NCBI GenBank assembly: GCA_034226945.1
Contig: CP120460.1
Location: forward strand, 806,001 to 870,000
DNA: 64,000 bases
Origin: Picochlorum sp. SENEW3
Lineage: Eukaryota
Direction of reading: 5' to 3'
The notes under the pieces were generated by a model. The model saw nothing but the letters and a program-made list of their open reading frames with translations, ran no database searches and was not told the DNA's origin. The position numbers were made by a program, and so were the translations under genes. This document shows, in pieces, positions 21,606 to 33,516 of this stretch. Every line of letters begins with the position of its first letter. The stretch's first letter is position 1.

Positions 21606-23307
21606 TTATTCGCCTAGAGTGGGTGCATCCGATGGACTGTGTATTGCCTCGCCTTGTCTGTGGATGCTTGACACTGTGGCAGGATCCAAGAGGGACATGA
21701 GGTGCCTTTGGGCTTGGTCCACCTTGGCTCTGTCTTTTCCTTCCAGGCTCATCGCCACTGTGCATGAATCACTCTGATTTGATAGGGGGTAGCATCCGAT
21801 GGACACGTGCTCTGAGTATTCCTGCTCTATGAGCTCCATTGGTTGGGATACCATGGCTTCATCCTCTATTTTCAGGCGAATAACCACGGTGGAAAAGGGT
21901 ATTTCTGGGCTGGGCAATGAATCAAAACTTTGCTGGGAGTCCGATCGATGGCATGATGTGCTATGGAGGTCTGCCAAGTTGTCTCGAACAGCAGACCACT
22001 TCTGCTCCACGATGGATGGCACGCCAGGCAGTATGTAAATATTTCTGCATCGCACCAATGGGTAGGGAGAAGGCCTTCCATCACGGAGCATATAGTCTAT
22101 AAGTATTGTTTCTGGTCCATCGGGAACTTCGGCCATTTTGAGGTGGAATTTGGTCACGTGGTCACCAAAGTGCGCCTTGATCTTCTTTTCCAGGGATGCG
22201 CTTGTCACAATTTTCCTGCCTATAGCCTTGGCGACAGCCTTCATGGTGACATCATCAAGCGTGGGTCCTAAACCTCCACAGCTAAGAACAGCATCGCATT
22301 TTGCTGACAAGCTCGAGACAGCATCAGCTATATCATCAATATCATCTCTGATGAAATGGACATGTGTCACCAACCATCCAATAGATCGCAGTGATTTGCA
22401 GAGGAATTTCATGTTCACGTCATCTACTTTTGCTGCCAGAATCTCGTCACCTATAATTGCAAGACCGGCAGTCTTTATGGTGGTCCCTTTTTTTGATCCT
22501 ATCAAAGAATCAGCTCGCTTCACTGATCGACTCGTCCTACCCGCGCGCTCCAACCGTGGGTCTTGTAACATGTGTGCTGGAGAGTACTTTCCATCGTGAC
22601 GAGAGAGGGCAGAATTTGGTAGTGTAGACTCGACAGACCCCAAGCTTGTATACCCTTCGTCATACAAACTGCAATACGGAAGGTTGCACATCATCAGAAA
22701 TTCCCATACATCGTGATATGACCACTCCATGATGGGATTGATCCTCATAAAAACAGGCCATCCTGCGCTGGATGGTGAAAATGTTTCCTGATCCCCTGCA
22801 TTCGGATCACCTCGCCTCGTCCCAAGAAATATACCCTTCACATCAGTGTCCTCCAATAATTCCTTGAGTCCTGTGAAAAAATCAGACGTGTATATTCTCA
22901 TGTCCAAAGAATACAGGGCATCCATCTCCTTGGTAAACTGCACAACTTGAGGGAAATCATCTGCCTTGTCAAAGAAAAATGTCACCATGCCACCCAAACC
23001 ACCTTCCTGTTGACGACTGTCTTCTTCATCACCAGATCCCTCTTGTCGACGCAGCTCCAAGGCTGCTCGAATCAGATGAAGCAATACAGTCGAATCCTTG
23101 CCCCCATTCAAACTCAAGGCAAGCCCTGTCGTCCTACAAACACATAGTCCTCAGTCAACCCAATCCTCTTTGGGGTACGCATATATATACCCATATATCA
23201 ACATACCCATACAAGTCTATTGAACGCTGTATGACGGATATTGATTGCGTGATTCGCCCATACAGGGCAGAACCGTGCACATGTTGAATCCCTTTGACCA
23301 CGTCCAT
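21606..23307 (-). CDS. FAD synthase (PAPS-reductase domain plus molybdopterin-binding/COG1058 domain)
   Basis: SLNGGKDSTVLLHL, GTRRGDP, YCSLYDEGYTSLG, IIGDEIL and GGLGPTLDDVT. Exon 1 23207-23307, intron 23134-23206. Confidence 0.9.
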
Positions 23308-23631
23308 GGTGCTCTATCGTCCCATTCCCCTACAATTAACAGCTCTTCATGCACCCATTAAAGTACATCTAGTTGAATATATATACCCATTAGGAATGGA
23401 GACTGGTGTATACAAAATAATCATGCAGGTATCCATTTTTACTCTATTAGGGAATTCCCTCAGGCTCTCCATGCAATATACCATGCACATAGTCCACGAT
23501 GGCGTGTCATTTTTTTATGTATGCCAGATTCGGATATATTTCTTGAGGAGAATTCGGGTACCTCTGTCTGTTGATCGGATCGATCACTGGTGTGGTACTA
23601 GACTTTGACAAGAGGGCTGAATTTGATCGCC

Positions 23632-25489
23632 ATGAGTCTTTCTTTTCTTAGTTGTAGTCTTCTTATTGTTGCATCTAGCTTGATAGATTCTAGTGTAGGG
23701 AAACAATTGCCTAGAGGAGTGTCACCAGAGGACGCTGCGTTGTACATACAGGGAGCCTCGCATGGGAAGTTTACATGCAAAGATGGATCTGTGACAATTC
23801 CATTTAATCGTGTGAATGACGATTACTGTGACTGCGCGGATGGGAGTGATGAGCCAGGTATGTTGGTGGTGAAGAGTGCCAGCCTCTCAACCAGGTGGTT
23901 TTTATGGTAGTTTCTTGACTTTTGGATGTGTGCTTTCTAGGTACAAGTGCTTGTCTGAATGGTGTATTTTATTGTCGTAACAAGGGGCATGAAGTGAAGA
24001 TTTTAAAATCCATGTATGTGGATGATGGTGTATGTGACTGCTGTGATGGGAGCGATGAGCCAGCAGGGGTGTGCCCTAATTCGTGTCGAGAGATTGGAGA
24101 GGAGGCGCTCAAGGAGTTAAAGAAGGATTTGAATGATGCCAAGTCTGGACTTGCGAAACGCTCGGGGCTTGAAAAGTCAGTAATGTTGAAATATAATGAT
24201 GTGTCTCGTTATGATGCTGAAGAGGGCGTGTATGATGGTCGTGTCAAGCCCGGGTTCTTCAAGCGTGTGTATGTATATGTGGTATTATGTTGGGGTGTAT
24301 TGTATGCAGGATGGCGGCGACGACGATCAAATCCTGGGAGAAGCGTTTGGAACAGTTGGAAGAGATGGAGAGTAGCAAGGCACAGCAAAAGGCAGCAGCA
24401 GAGGTTCGGAAGAATCAATTCGAGGCAAAGCTGGAGCGTTTGAGAAAGTCTCTGACAAGATTGGAAGAGGCGGCTGCGGCGAAATCAAAGAAGGAGGAGG
24501 TCCCTGTTGCTGAGAGCCAAGATACCCCTGTGGATGATGATGTGCCATTGGAAGATGTGGATGATGATGTGCCATTGGAAGACATTGAAGATATGCACCC
24601 AGAGGATGTTCATGGTGCTGAAGAGGAGGAGGAGGAGGATGATATTTATGAAGAGGAGACGGAGGAGGAGAGAGCCAAGAGGGTTGCATCTCAATGGATT
24701 CCTGGTGAACACGCCAATACTGAAACGGTTGGTGAGGAGGATGCGTATGAAGCACCATATGAGGCTCCGGATGAGACTGTCACAACTGAGACGCCTCCAG
24801 TGGAATCTTCCATAGAAGAAGAGGAAATCATAAACGAAGACGTGGTCGAGCCAACTGTCGAGGCAGACGACAGAATGGATTTGATCTCCAGGATAAAAGT
24901 GTGGGTGTCACAGATGATTGCCCACGCAACGGGCAAGGTTGACCTGGAACAAGATCTTGTCGTGATGAAAGCAAAGGTAGAAGCAGTGCAAAAACAATTT
25001 GATTCGGCAAACCAAGAGTTTTTCACAAAGAGTTCTGAACTGTCTACGCTTCAGAATGAAAAGGGGACACTTACAAGCAAGCTTGGAACCAATTATGGAA
25101 CCCGCAATGTCTTCTTGCAGCTTTCCGAGAACTGTGTGGAAGCTACAATCGATAAATATGTGTACGAGGTCTGTCCATTCGGTGATGCACATCAATCTGA
25201 AGGCGGACGCAAGACGAAATTGGGAACCTGGAAAGGATTTGAGGGTGACACCATGGTGTTCACTGATGGTGAGGGATGCTGGCAGGGACCATCTCGGTCG
25301 ATTAATGTCACGCTGAAATGCGGATCAGAAGATTCGTTTGTATCCCTTGCAGAACCTTCACGATGCACGTACACGGGAGTCATAAGAACGCCGGCACACT
25401 GCACTGATGAATTGGTTGAAAACCTTGAGCGAGAAGTGGAGCGGAAAAAGACATTGTTGCAGGAGTACAATGTCAAGGACGAGCTATAG
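23632..25489 (+). CDS. Glucosidase II beta subunit (PRKCSH-like)
   Basis: Signal peptide, VNDDYCDCADGSDEPG, DGVCDCCDGSDE, acidic region, MRH domain (YVYEVCPF...CWQGPSRS...EPSRCTY) and C-terminal KDEL. Two introns. Confidence 0.93.
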
Positions 25490-25520
25490 TTATATAATAT
25501 ATTTAACATTCATTTTGATA

Positions 25521-26658
25521 TCAAATGGAATCCTCATCGGCGTCATCGCATGCCAGCATTGCAACAGATTTGACGCACGTCTGAAAGCAATGCTCCACAT
25601 AGTCTGCCCACCAGCCCTGTCCATTTTCTCCACCCCTATTACTACCAAAGTTGACACGAGCCTTGACCTTCTTCGACGGATCCGTCGATCTTGTAAATAA
25701 AGAAACCGTAGGATAATACGTCCCTTCCAAAATCGCATCGCAAAACACCCTCCCTTGGGACATTCCATTGATGTACACCTCCATAAACGAACCCTCAATG
25801 TTTGTCCTTGTTGGCAGACAGCCCCCGTCAATCCTCATGCGTGTATGAATACGACCCTTATATCGCACAAAATCTGCACAGCAGAAGAGACATTGTATTA
25901 TTATTGTTGTATTATTATCATGCTACGGAGGACTCGAACCAAGCACATCAAGACGGGCATGAAAAACAAAAAAAAAGAAAAAAAGAACGCACCAGATGGC
26001 GCAGGCTCAAACGCCCTTCCACGAGTCGATAGATGCAAAAGACACCCAATCACATCCCCCGCCTTGACCTCATTACCATACTGAATCTTTTGTCGATTAT
26101 GAATGGCCTCCTGAGAGTACAAACTGTATCCATACCCATCCACATGTGATCCCACAGGCTCATCCAGTGTGCTAGATTTGGTCGACCAACCAACCCTCAC
26201 TCCCACCCCAGGCTCGACATCCTCAACCTTGACTTCATACATCCACGTCCCCTCAAAAGCCCCATGCGTAGCTCTCACCTACAAGACACGTACATGGTAA
26301 ATCCATCAACCACCTCCAGGTCTACACACAGCACACATACACTTCGATACCCAGCATAGCTCTCCAACACCCCATTCTCCTGATCAATAGATACATTCTT
26401 AGACACCCTGAACGTATCAAACCGCACAGGCCCATCCACACGAGTATACTGAACAGCTTGGTCGTCAACCGCACAGCTCAAATACACCATGGGCTCAGTC
26501 TCATTCTGCTGATGATTAATGCGCACTACCTCTGCCGTCTCACTATTATTATGCTCATATATTCCATCTATTAAAATATCTCCCTCTTCATGATCCGTCC
26601 CTGCCACATACTTTTCTTGCTGTTGGTTGTTGGTATGGTTTTCCGTCGTTACAGTCAT
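25521..26658 (-). CDS. SPRY-domain protein, ASH2/TRAUCO-like (COMPASS subunit)
   Basis: GYR..RATHGAFEGTWMYEVKV, VRVGWS, PVG...GYGY, GDVIGCLL, YINGMSQG, YYPTVSLF and VNFG across intron-split ORFs. Confidence 0.75.
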
Positions 26659-26705
26659 CCTCGACCCTCTTCAGCCGCAAATATTACAATAAAAATATAA
26701 TCTAA

Positions 26706-27743
26706 TTACTCTTGTGGGGGTTTCAGGTCATATGGCAGCACCTTGGACATGACAACCCGGTGATGGTCAATATCCAAACGCATTTGAACCGGAATAATCC
26801 TCACTCCAGCCCTGTGTGCCTCACGCACTCGCTCAGCGTAGACTGGATCCTTGTCAAAACATGGTGCGAATACAGAACAGTCATCTCGTTGCACCACATA
26901 TATCATGGCAGCCTGTGCATCAGTATCCATGAGTTCCTGCACATGGCGCTGTGCTCGAGTACTCGTCGTGTCTGGAAAAACTGCCTTGCCATCATCACTA
27001 CTATTCTTCTCTCCAGCCTCCTTCATCGTCACGCTCTTCACTTCGACTAAACATGTTGATCCACTGTCATCGTCTACCAATTGAAAATCAATCCTTGACT
27101 GTGTCGCCGAGGTGCCCACGCGGACCTCTCTCTGATACCTGCTGTAGGGTGGCAGGTATGCCTTGAGTGCCTGAGAGGCCAAGAGGCGGTCCACCATGGC
27201 ATTCGCCTTTGCAGAATGCACTCCTACCCAGGTCGTACCATCATGCAACCATTCGAGGGTGTAGGGATATTTTCTCTTGGGATTGCTCGACTTTGACAAC
27301 AGTACCTTGGTCGGCAGAGAGTCAAGCAGCCCAGTCATGGGACCAGTATTTGGCACATGTACAACGATGGGCTCGGCAGTAGACTCGATATCGCCGCGAA
27401 GGACCACATCTCCCAGAAATCTCTTATATCGTCTATGCAGTATGGCTGGGTACAATCGACCGCCCTCGTACTCGCATACAACAAGTCCCTCGCCATCTTC
27501 TCCCCCTTCTTCTGTGTGTTCAAGAGCAACCTTTGATTTCTTCCTTGCTGATTCATCTTCTGTCAATTGCTCTTGCCCACCTTTCTCTTCACGATGGTAT
27601 GCGTGTCGTCTGATGCCTCTCGACGGCATAGCAGTTGACATGGTCGTCGGACAACAAGGCCCACTTGTTGAAGGCAGGGAGAAGGGTCCTCGTCTGATGC
27701 CCGTCATCAACGATACTACTCTACTAGTAGCACCTGTAAACAT
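26706..27743 (-). CDS. sfsA: SfsA (sugar fermentation stimulation protein; PD-(D/E)XK nuclease fold) with organellar transit-like N-terminus
   Basis: RRYKRFLGDV, HVPNTGPM, NPKRKYPYT, SRIDF, VEVKSVT, FPD.TSTRAQRHVQEL and YVVQR.D. Confidence 0.92.
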   Translation of the reverse strand: MFTGATSRVVSLMTGIRRGPFSLPSTSGPCCPTTMSTAMPSRGIRRHAYHREEKGGQEQLTEDESARKKSKVALEHTEEGGEDGEGLVVCEYEGGRLYPAILHRRYKRFLGDVVLRGDIESTAEPIVVHVPNTGPMTGLLDSLPTKVLLSKSSNPKRKYPYTLEWLHDGTTWVGVHSAKANAMVDRLLASQALKAYLPPYSRYQREVRVGTSATQSRIDFQLVDDDSGSTCLVEVKSVTMKEAGEKNSSDDGKAVFPDTTSTRAQRHVQELMDTDAQAAMIYVVQRDDCSVFAPCFDKDPVYAERVREAHRAGVRIIPVQMRLDIDHHRVVMSKVLPYDLKPPQE

Positions 27744-28191
27744 GACATATTAGTTATAGTGGTACTAGTATTTTCTGGATTGATTGGCAGGGTGTCTTGA
27801 TGCCCATGAATTCGAATTCGAATTCGGAGGAAGAAGATGGATCTCTAGCCTTGAGATCGGATCTCTATAGTATAGAGATCTAGATCTCTAAAGTGGACAG
27901 AGGATGGCCATGGTGGCGCCATCCAGACTCTGGATATACAGTCCGATGCTGTGGATGGTTTCATCGTTAAAAAAAGAATTGATTGAAGAATAAGAGCACT
28001 GTCATTGGTATGCTGCTGCATGATTTGGTGATTGAACGATCTTTGTGATCGCCTCCAACCATTCGTCTTATATTCTTCATGCATGATTCTGTAATGTTAT
28101 GCAGAATGATCTACAGATAGAGATAGGGTGAGAGAGAAAGGGACAGATCCTCAAAGTATAGAGACGCAAGGAAGAAGAAGAAGAAGACAGT

Positions 28192-28782
28192 ATGGGTATT
28201 GGGAAGAGCAAAGCTGCTTCCATGTACAAGATTATCTTTGTTCTTGGAGGACCTGGGTCTGGGAAGGGGACGCAATGTTCCAAATTGGTGGAGGAATTTG
28301 GGATTATTCATCTGTCTGCTGGGGATTTGCTTCGTGCGCATATGAAGAGTGGGTCAAAGGATGGGAATATGGTGGCAGAGATGATTAAGAATGGCCAGAT
28401 TGTGCCATCTCATGTGACTGTGTCTCTGTTGGAGAAGGCAATGAAGGATAGTGGGAAAGATACGTTTTTGATTGATGGGTTCCCTCGGAATGAGGAGAAT
28501 CGAGCTTCTTTTGAGAAGCAGACTGGCATATCTCCTCGTTGTGTATTGTTTTTTGATTGCTCGGAACAGGTGATGCAAGACAGGCTGTTGGGGCGTAATG
28601 AAGGCAGGACTGATGATAATATCGAGACGATTAAGAAGAGATTCGGTGTATTTAAGGAGCAGAGTATGCCTGTTGTGGAGTATTACAGAAAGATGGGTAA
28701 AGTTGCTCAGATTGATGCAGAGGGATCACAGGAGGATGTGTACACAGATGTCAGGGCATCGTATTTGAAATTTATGCAATAG
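28192..28782 (+). CDS. UMP-CMP kinase (adenylate kinase family)
   Basis: [32 protein letters not shown] and [14 protein letters not shown]. Confidence 0.93.
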   Translation: MGIGKSKAASMYKIIFVLGGPGSGKGTQCSKLVEEFGIIHLSAGDLLRAHMKSGSKDGNMVAEMIKNGQIVPSHVTVSLLEKAMKDSGKDTFLIDGFPRNEENRASFEKQTGISPRCVLFFDCSEQVMQDRLLGRNEGRTDDNIETIKKRFGVFKEQSMPVVEYYRKMGKVAQIDAEGSQEDVYTDVRASYLKFMQ

Positions 28783-28784
28783 GT

Positions 28785-30470
28785 TCATCGGAGGAGTGCG
28801 CCTCCTCGCACAATATTTAATAATTTTTCGAAAATTGGGCCTCCTTGCTCGCGAATTCCATCATGTAAATAATCATTCGTGACGTATTGGCGTGCGGAAC
28901 CAACCATGTCCAAGGTTTCTTGCGCCAACTCAAACGAGACAAACATGTCTTCGTAATAGCATGCTGCTGCAATGGGGACAGTGTTGGCAGATAAGGTTTC
29001 CGGCAAGTATAATGTCGACCAATTTGTATGCGTTGCCATAGCATGTGCGGCTTGCTTTATTTTTCTCAATTCTGCAAAATCATCAAACATCCAGGGGAAG
29101 ACCATTTCACCAGTGAAATACACTGGATTACCTGCAGTCACGCTCGCTTCTGCATCAAAAAGTGCACTATGGTCTCCTCTAACTCTATGAGCAGCCCAGT
29201 CTGATGAAGAATTTCCTTGACAGTATATATTCTCGTGCATGATGGCATACAAAGGGTTGGAATCCCACGGCATGGCAGCATCAAATTCTTTCAGGAATTT
29301 GTAGGAAAGGTTCCCATCGATATCAAAGGCACTCTCGAGCATGTAATAGAGACGCTCAAAGCCACTCGAGAACCCCAAGCAATTTATACCAAGGACTTGA
29401 AATGATCTAGGGGTGAGGTAGTTTGATGCTGGTGTCACCACCCTCCCATCAGGACTGGACATGAGGAAGCGAACCACCTTTTGTGCCATGGCCACAGCCT
29501 GTGGAAATCTCGCATAAAACTTCTCATTCTGTTTGATTGCCTTTCTAAACGTAGATTTATACACCATCTCAGCCGAACAATTCATACGAATACCTGGAGG
29601 AACACCCCCCGTGAGAAAAACCTCCATGATGCTGTCAGGGAAATAGGACAGATACGTCATGGCACAGAATCCCCCATAACTTTGACCGATGACACTCCAT
29701 TTGCCGGACAGCGCCAACTTCTGGCGGACGCGCTCACAGTCTTTTGCGATACTATCAGCCCTAAAACAACTCAAATAGTCAACCTGCTCTGGTGCATCCC
29801 GTGCTTTTAAACCATCACAGGTGATTGCATGTGACAACCCAGTCCCTCTTTGATCCTGCAAGCAACAAGCACCTCTCAGGTAAAAAACCATCAGATGGAA
29901 TCGTCCAAAGAGATAGAAGCGCACTACATGAATTAAAACAAGATATTCGTACCATGAGGACAACCTGATAATGCTGCACTGCAGATTTGATCCATCCATT
30001 TGCAAGCATTGGCCGAGGTGCTTCAAATCCAGGACCCCCTGCACACACATCCACATAGTAAAAAAGAACTCGCATTATATATATACAGCACGATGCATAC
30101 CTTGAAGGTACACCAAGTATGGAAGGTTCTTGGCATTCTTACAGCGAGATGTTACCACCCTGTAAAAGATGGCAATATCTCCCTCGAGCACTCTAGAATA
30201 GTCCAAGGGAACAACCACACTCCCACGTTCCAACCTCAACCCAGACACGTGATGGACATGCATGGAGTCGGCCATCGACGTACTTCCACTCATGGTTGAG
30301 CAAACAGTCTTCTGACGCTTCATACCAGCTGTATGGAGTCCAGGACGACCGTGATAACTTTTGACAGTCGACAGACCAATGGACGATGCCTTTGATGTGA
30401 TCAGACGACGAAACCTTTGTTCTGTGGGCAATGGACAGTAGTAGTTTAAGGTGGAACTTGTGGATATCAT
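28785..30470 (-). CDS. Proline iminopeptidase (alpha/beta hydrolase)
   Basis: VPLDYS, YLQG/GPGF, DQRGTGLS, FRADSIAKDCE, GQSYGGFC, YFTGEMVFPWMF, DMFV and HDGIR. At least two introns. Confidence 0.88.
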
Positions 30471-30873
30471 AATGTAATAAATCGGAGAATGGGAATGAGC
30501 TTTCGATCGGAACTATTACGCTACGCCTGGTACAAACAATGATTGTCAATGGCCTTGGTGGGTCCTGAAAGGCGCCCAATCGATTGGGCTCTATAGCTAT
30601 AGATGCCATACCCTAATATTAGGGTATAGCATGGATTTCCGATGCAGTACAATTGTATCTGCAGTCTTGTGCTACAGTTCTATTCCTATTTACAGTCAGT
30701 GATAACACTGTGCAGTAATCCTTTGAATTCTTGCTTGAGAGCAGCCAAGCGATACCAATCTTGCTCTGGTGATACCGATATTTATACGACAAAACAAAGT
30801 TACTGCACACGTGTTCCGCTCCGTTTAGGAACAAGACGATGGCTTTCTGAAATAAAGATTATTTAATGATTCT

Positions 30874-33437
30874 ATGGCATCAACACCTGTTTGGAAATTG
30901 GGTGTTGGGGTTGGGACGAGCTGTGCCGTGTTGCAGGATGATACAGGGTGGTGTTGGGGAAACATACTGCTGAATAATGATATACCTATGCCAACACAGG
31001 TATACATAGATCCAGTACCTATACTGAGTTCTAATGATGCTGTTTTCTCCTCGATTGCAGCAGGTGAGAGGGCTGCATGCGGAATTTTTGGGAATGAAAC
31101 GCTGAATTGTTGGGGTTCGCCAACAGCTCAGTCTATTGATTCTGCTGGTCAGAGTGATTGGACATACGTCTCCTTGGGAAATAATCATGCGTGTGGTATT
31201 GTGGGATTTGGCCAAGGATTGTGTTGGGGAATTTGTGCAGGGAATGAATGCGGTCCCTTGGAATCATCCACGCTCTTGTCTGCTGGAAACAGATTATTCC
31301 GCATACCAAATCCCGATCCGACAACCCCATGGGTTCAAATCGAGACATCAAATCGTATATTGGACGATGATCGGTTCAATGCGCATACATGCGGCATTAA
31401 ATCGGATGGAACTGCGTGGTGCTGGGGTGACAATGCGTTTGGTCAACTTGGAATTGGGAACAGAGAGTCAACTCCCACGCCAACAAAGGTTTCCGGACCA
31501 AATCTGTGGAGGGATGTATGCACTGGAAGAGGTTTCACATGTGGTATTGATACAGATGGATTGCTGCTCTGTTGGGGTTTGAAGATTCCATCACAATCGA
31601 TAGATGAAAATGGAAGTCTGCTTGAAATTTATGGGACAGTCCCTATTGTGCTTGATCCAGATCGTGTGACCCGGGATATTTGGTATACTGTCTCATGTGG
31701 ATACTTCCATGCTTGTGTTATTAAAGCTACGGATGGAACCATGCATTGTTGGGGAGAGAATAATGTTGGGCAACTCGGAGATGGAACTACAGAGCCTGCA
31801 GAGATACCAAAGCTTGTGAGGACACCTACGACAGTGATATGGGAACAGAGTGGGGCTGGAGAGAGCCATACATGCGGAATGCCCATCGATATGAATCAAG
31901 TGTATTGTTGGGGATCGACAAAGAATGGGCAATTGGGAGTCGGAGATACAGATGAAGATATCGTTCCAGTGCCTAGGCTGCTTCGGTTCAGTCTCTCACA
32001 ACTTCCTCCTCCGTCTCCGCCAGTGCCGATTGCAGAACCATCGCCTAGCGTTCCTGTTCAAGTAATACCGCCGCCACCACCACCTCCTATAATTACTCCT
32101 GCGCCTGCGCCTGCCCCCGCACCTGAAGAATCGTCTGGTGGTGGCACCAGTATCGGTGTAATTGCTGGTGCTGCTGTGGGAGGAGCCTGCGTCCTGTGCA
32201 TTCTGGGTCTGTTCCTCTTTTTCTTTCTTCGAAGAAGAAAAACTAAGAAAGAAGATGTCAAACAGGCTAGCGAAGATATCGAACGTGGCTCCGCAAGATC
32301 CTCGACAGGGTCAGAAGATGGCAGCCCTGAACACCCCGTGGATGAGCAACATCCAGAGGAATTACCTGTCAATGATGATGATGAACCTGCACCAGCTCCA
32401 GCGAATGTGTTTGCCGTCCCCAAGGATGCATCATCTACAGATGAAGACGAGATAGTGCCCGATGCTCCATTGCCAACTCAACACGTTGAACAACAAGACA
32501 AAGAAGAAGATCACCATGATGATGGATTGTATGACCAAGGTGATGATGATGCACTCCCTATACCTCCTACAGACACATTCACGGAAGAGGGTCAACATAC
32601 AAGTCAACAAGAGGAGTCCAGAGACGATGATGAGGACATCATGGAAGAAACACAGGAAGAAACATCATTCGGCACAAGCCTTGCTGCCTTTGACACGACT
32701 GTGCTGGAAGAGAAATTATCTCTGGAGAGGAATCCCACATTTGTTCAGATGTACCATATGACGCAGCATTTTGATAAAGGTCGGGAATACCGATCAAGGA
32801 GTGAGAAGTATGTTTCATGGTACAAACCAGTAGAGACACTCAAAGATGATTCAAAACGGAGCACATCTGCGAAGAAATCTAAACAAAAGTTCCTTTGTGA
32901 GTATGAAGGCAAGATGAATGGACTCAAGAAAACAGCAGATGTGCTGCAAAATTGGTCAGCAAAAAGTTCGAAGCACTTTGGAGAGTCATGCAAGAAAATC
33001 ATTCACATCATTCAAGACATCACGCCAACTGTTTGGGAACTAGGAATCATGTCCAGCCCCTTTCACGCAAAGAGAATTAAATACGGTCTTCCTTGGGACG
33101 AATCCATGTATCTTGATGTGTATAAAGCCGCACAGGATGTTGCTTACGTCATGTGCAAAAGAGCTTTGGAGATTACTGATGCTGACAAAGAGTACGACCA
33201 CACATGCATGCTTTGATCACTTTTCTCTGCCCTCACTCTGTCGTGTTTCCATGCAGATCATCCTCAAACAAATCTTTCTATATCTTACTGGATGCCATGG
33301 AAGCACTCTTTCGAATTTACAACATGTGCGGAGGGCTGGACGAGCATGTATCATCTGTGTGCCCAGCCTTTATGGATCGTGTGAACCAGTACCTCCTCCA
33401 GAAAGACCCGATTTGGTACAGAAGCAGACAAAATTGA
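30874..33437 (+). CDS. Single-pass membrane protein: RCC1-repeat domain, Pro-rich stalk, TM, acidic linker and CHUP1-like C-terminal domain
   Basis: Repeats HTCGIKSDGTAWCWGDNAFGQLG and HCWGENNVGQLGDG; TM IGVIAGAAVGGACVLCILGLFLFFFL followed by RRRK. Intron 33192-33256 joins the last exon in frame. Confidence 0.8.
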
Positions 33438-33516
33438 CCATACCTCTATCTTGTACATAATTTATTGACTATTATTCGTCTAAATCAAGAAGCAACACCC
33501 AATCAGAATACAAATA

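Noticed and set aside
20834..21700. 288-aa plus-strand ORF
   Set aside because: Antisense shadow of the highly conserved Rab11 gene, with no recognisable motifs.
21606..23307. PAPS-reductase plus molybdopterin-binding domain fusion
   Set aside because: Known architecture of plant-type FAD synthases.
24530..24585. 27-bp tandem duplication (DDDVPLEDV x2) in glucosidase II beta
   Set aside because: Ordinary expansion in a low-complexity acidic linker.
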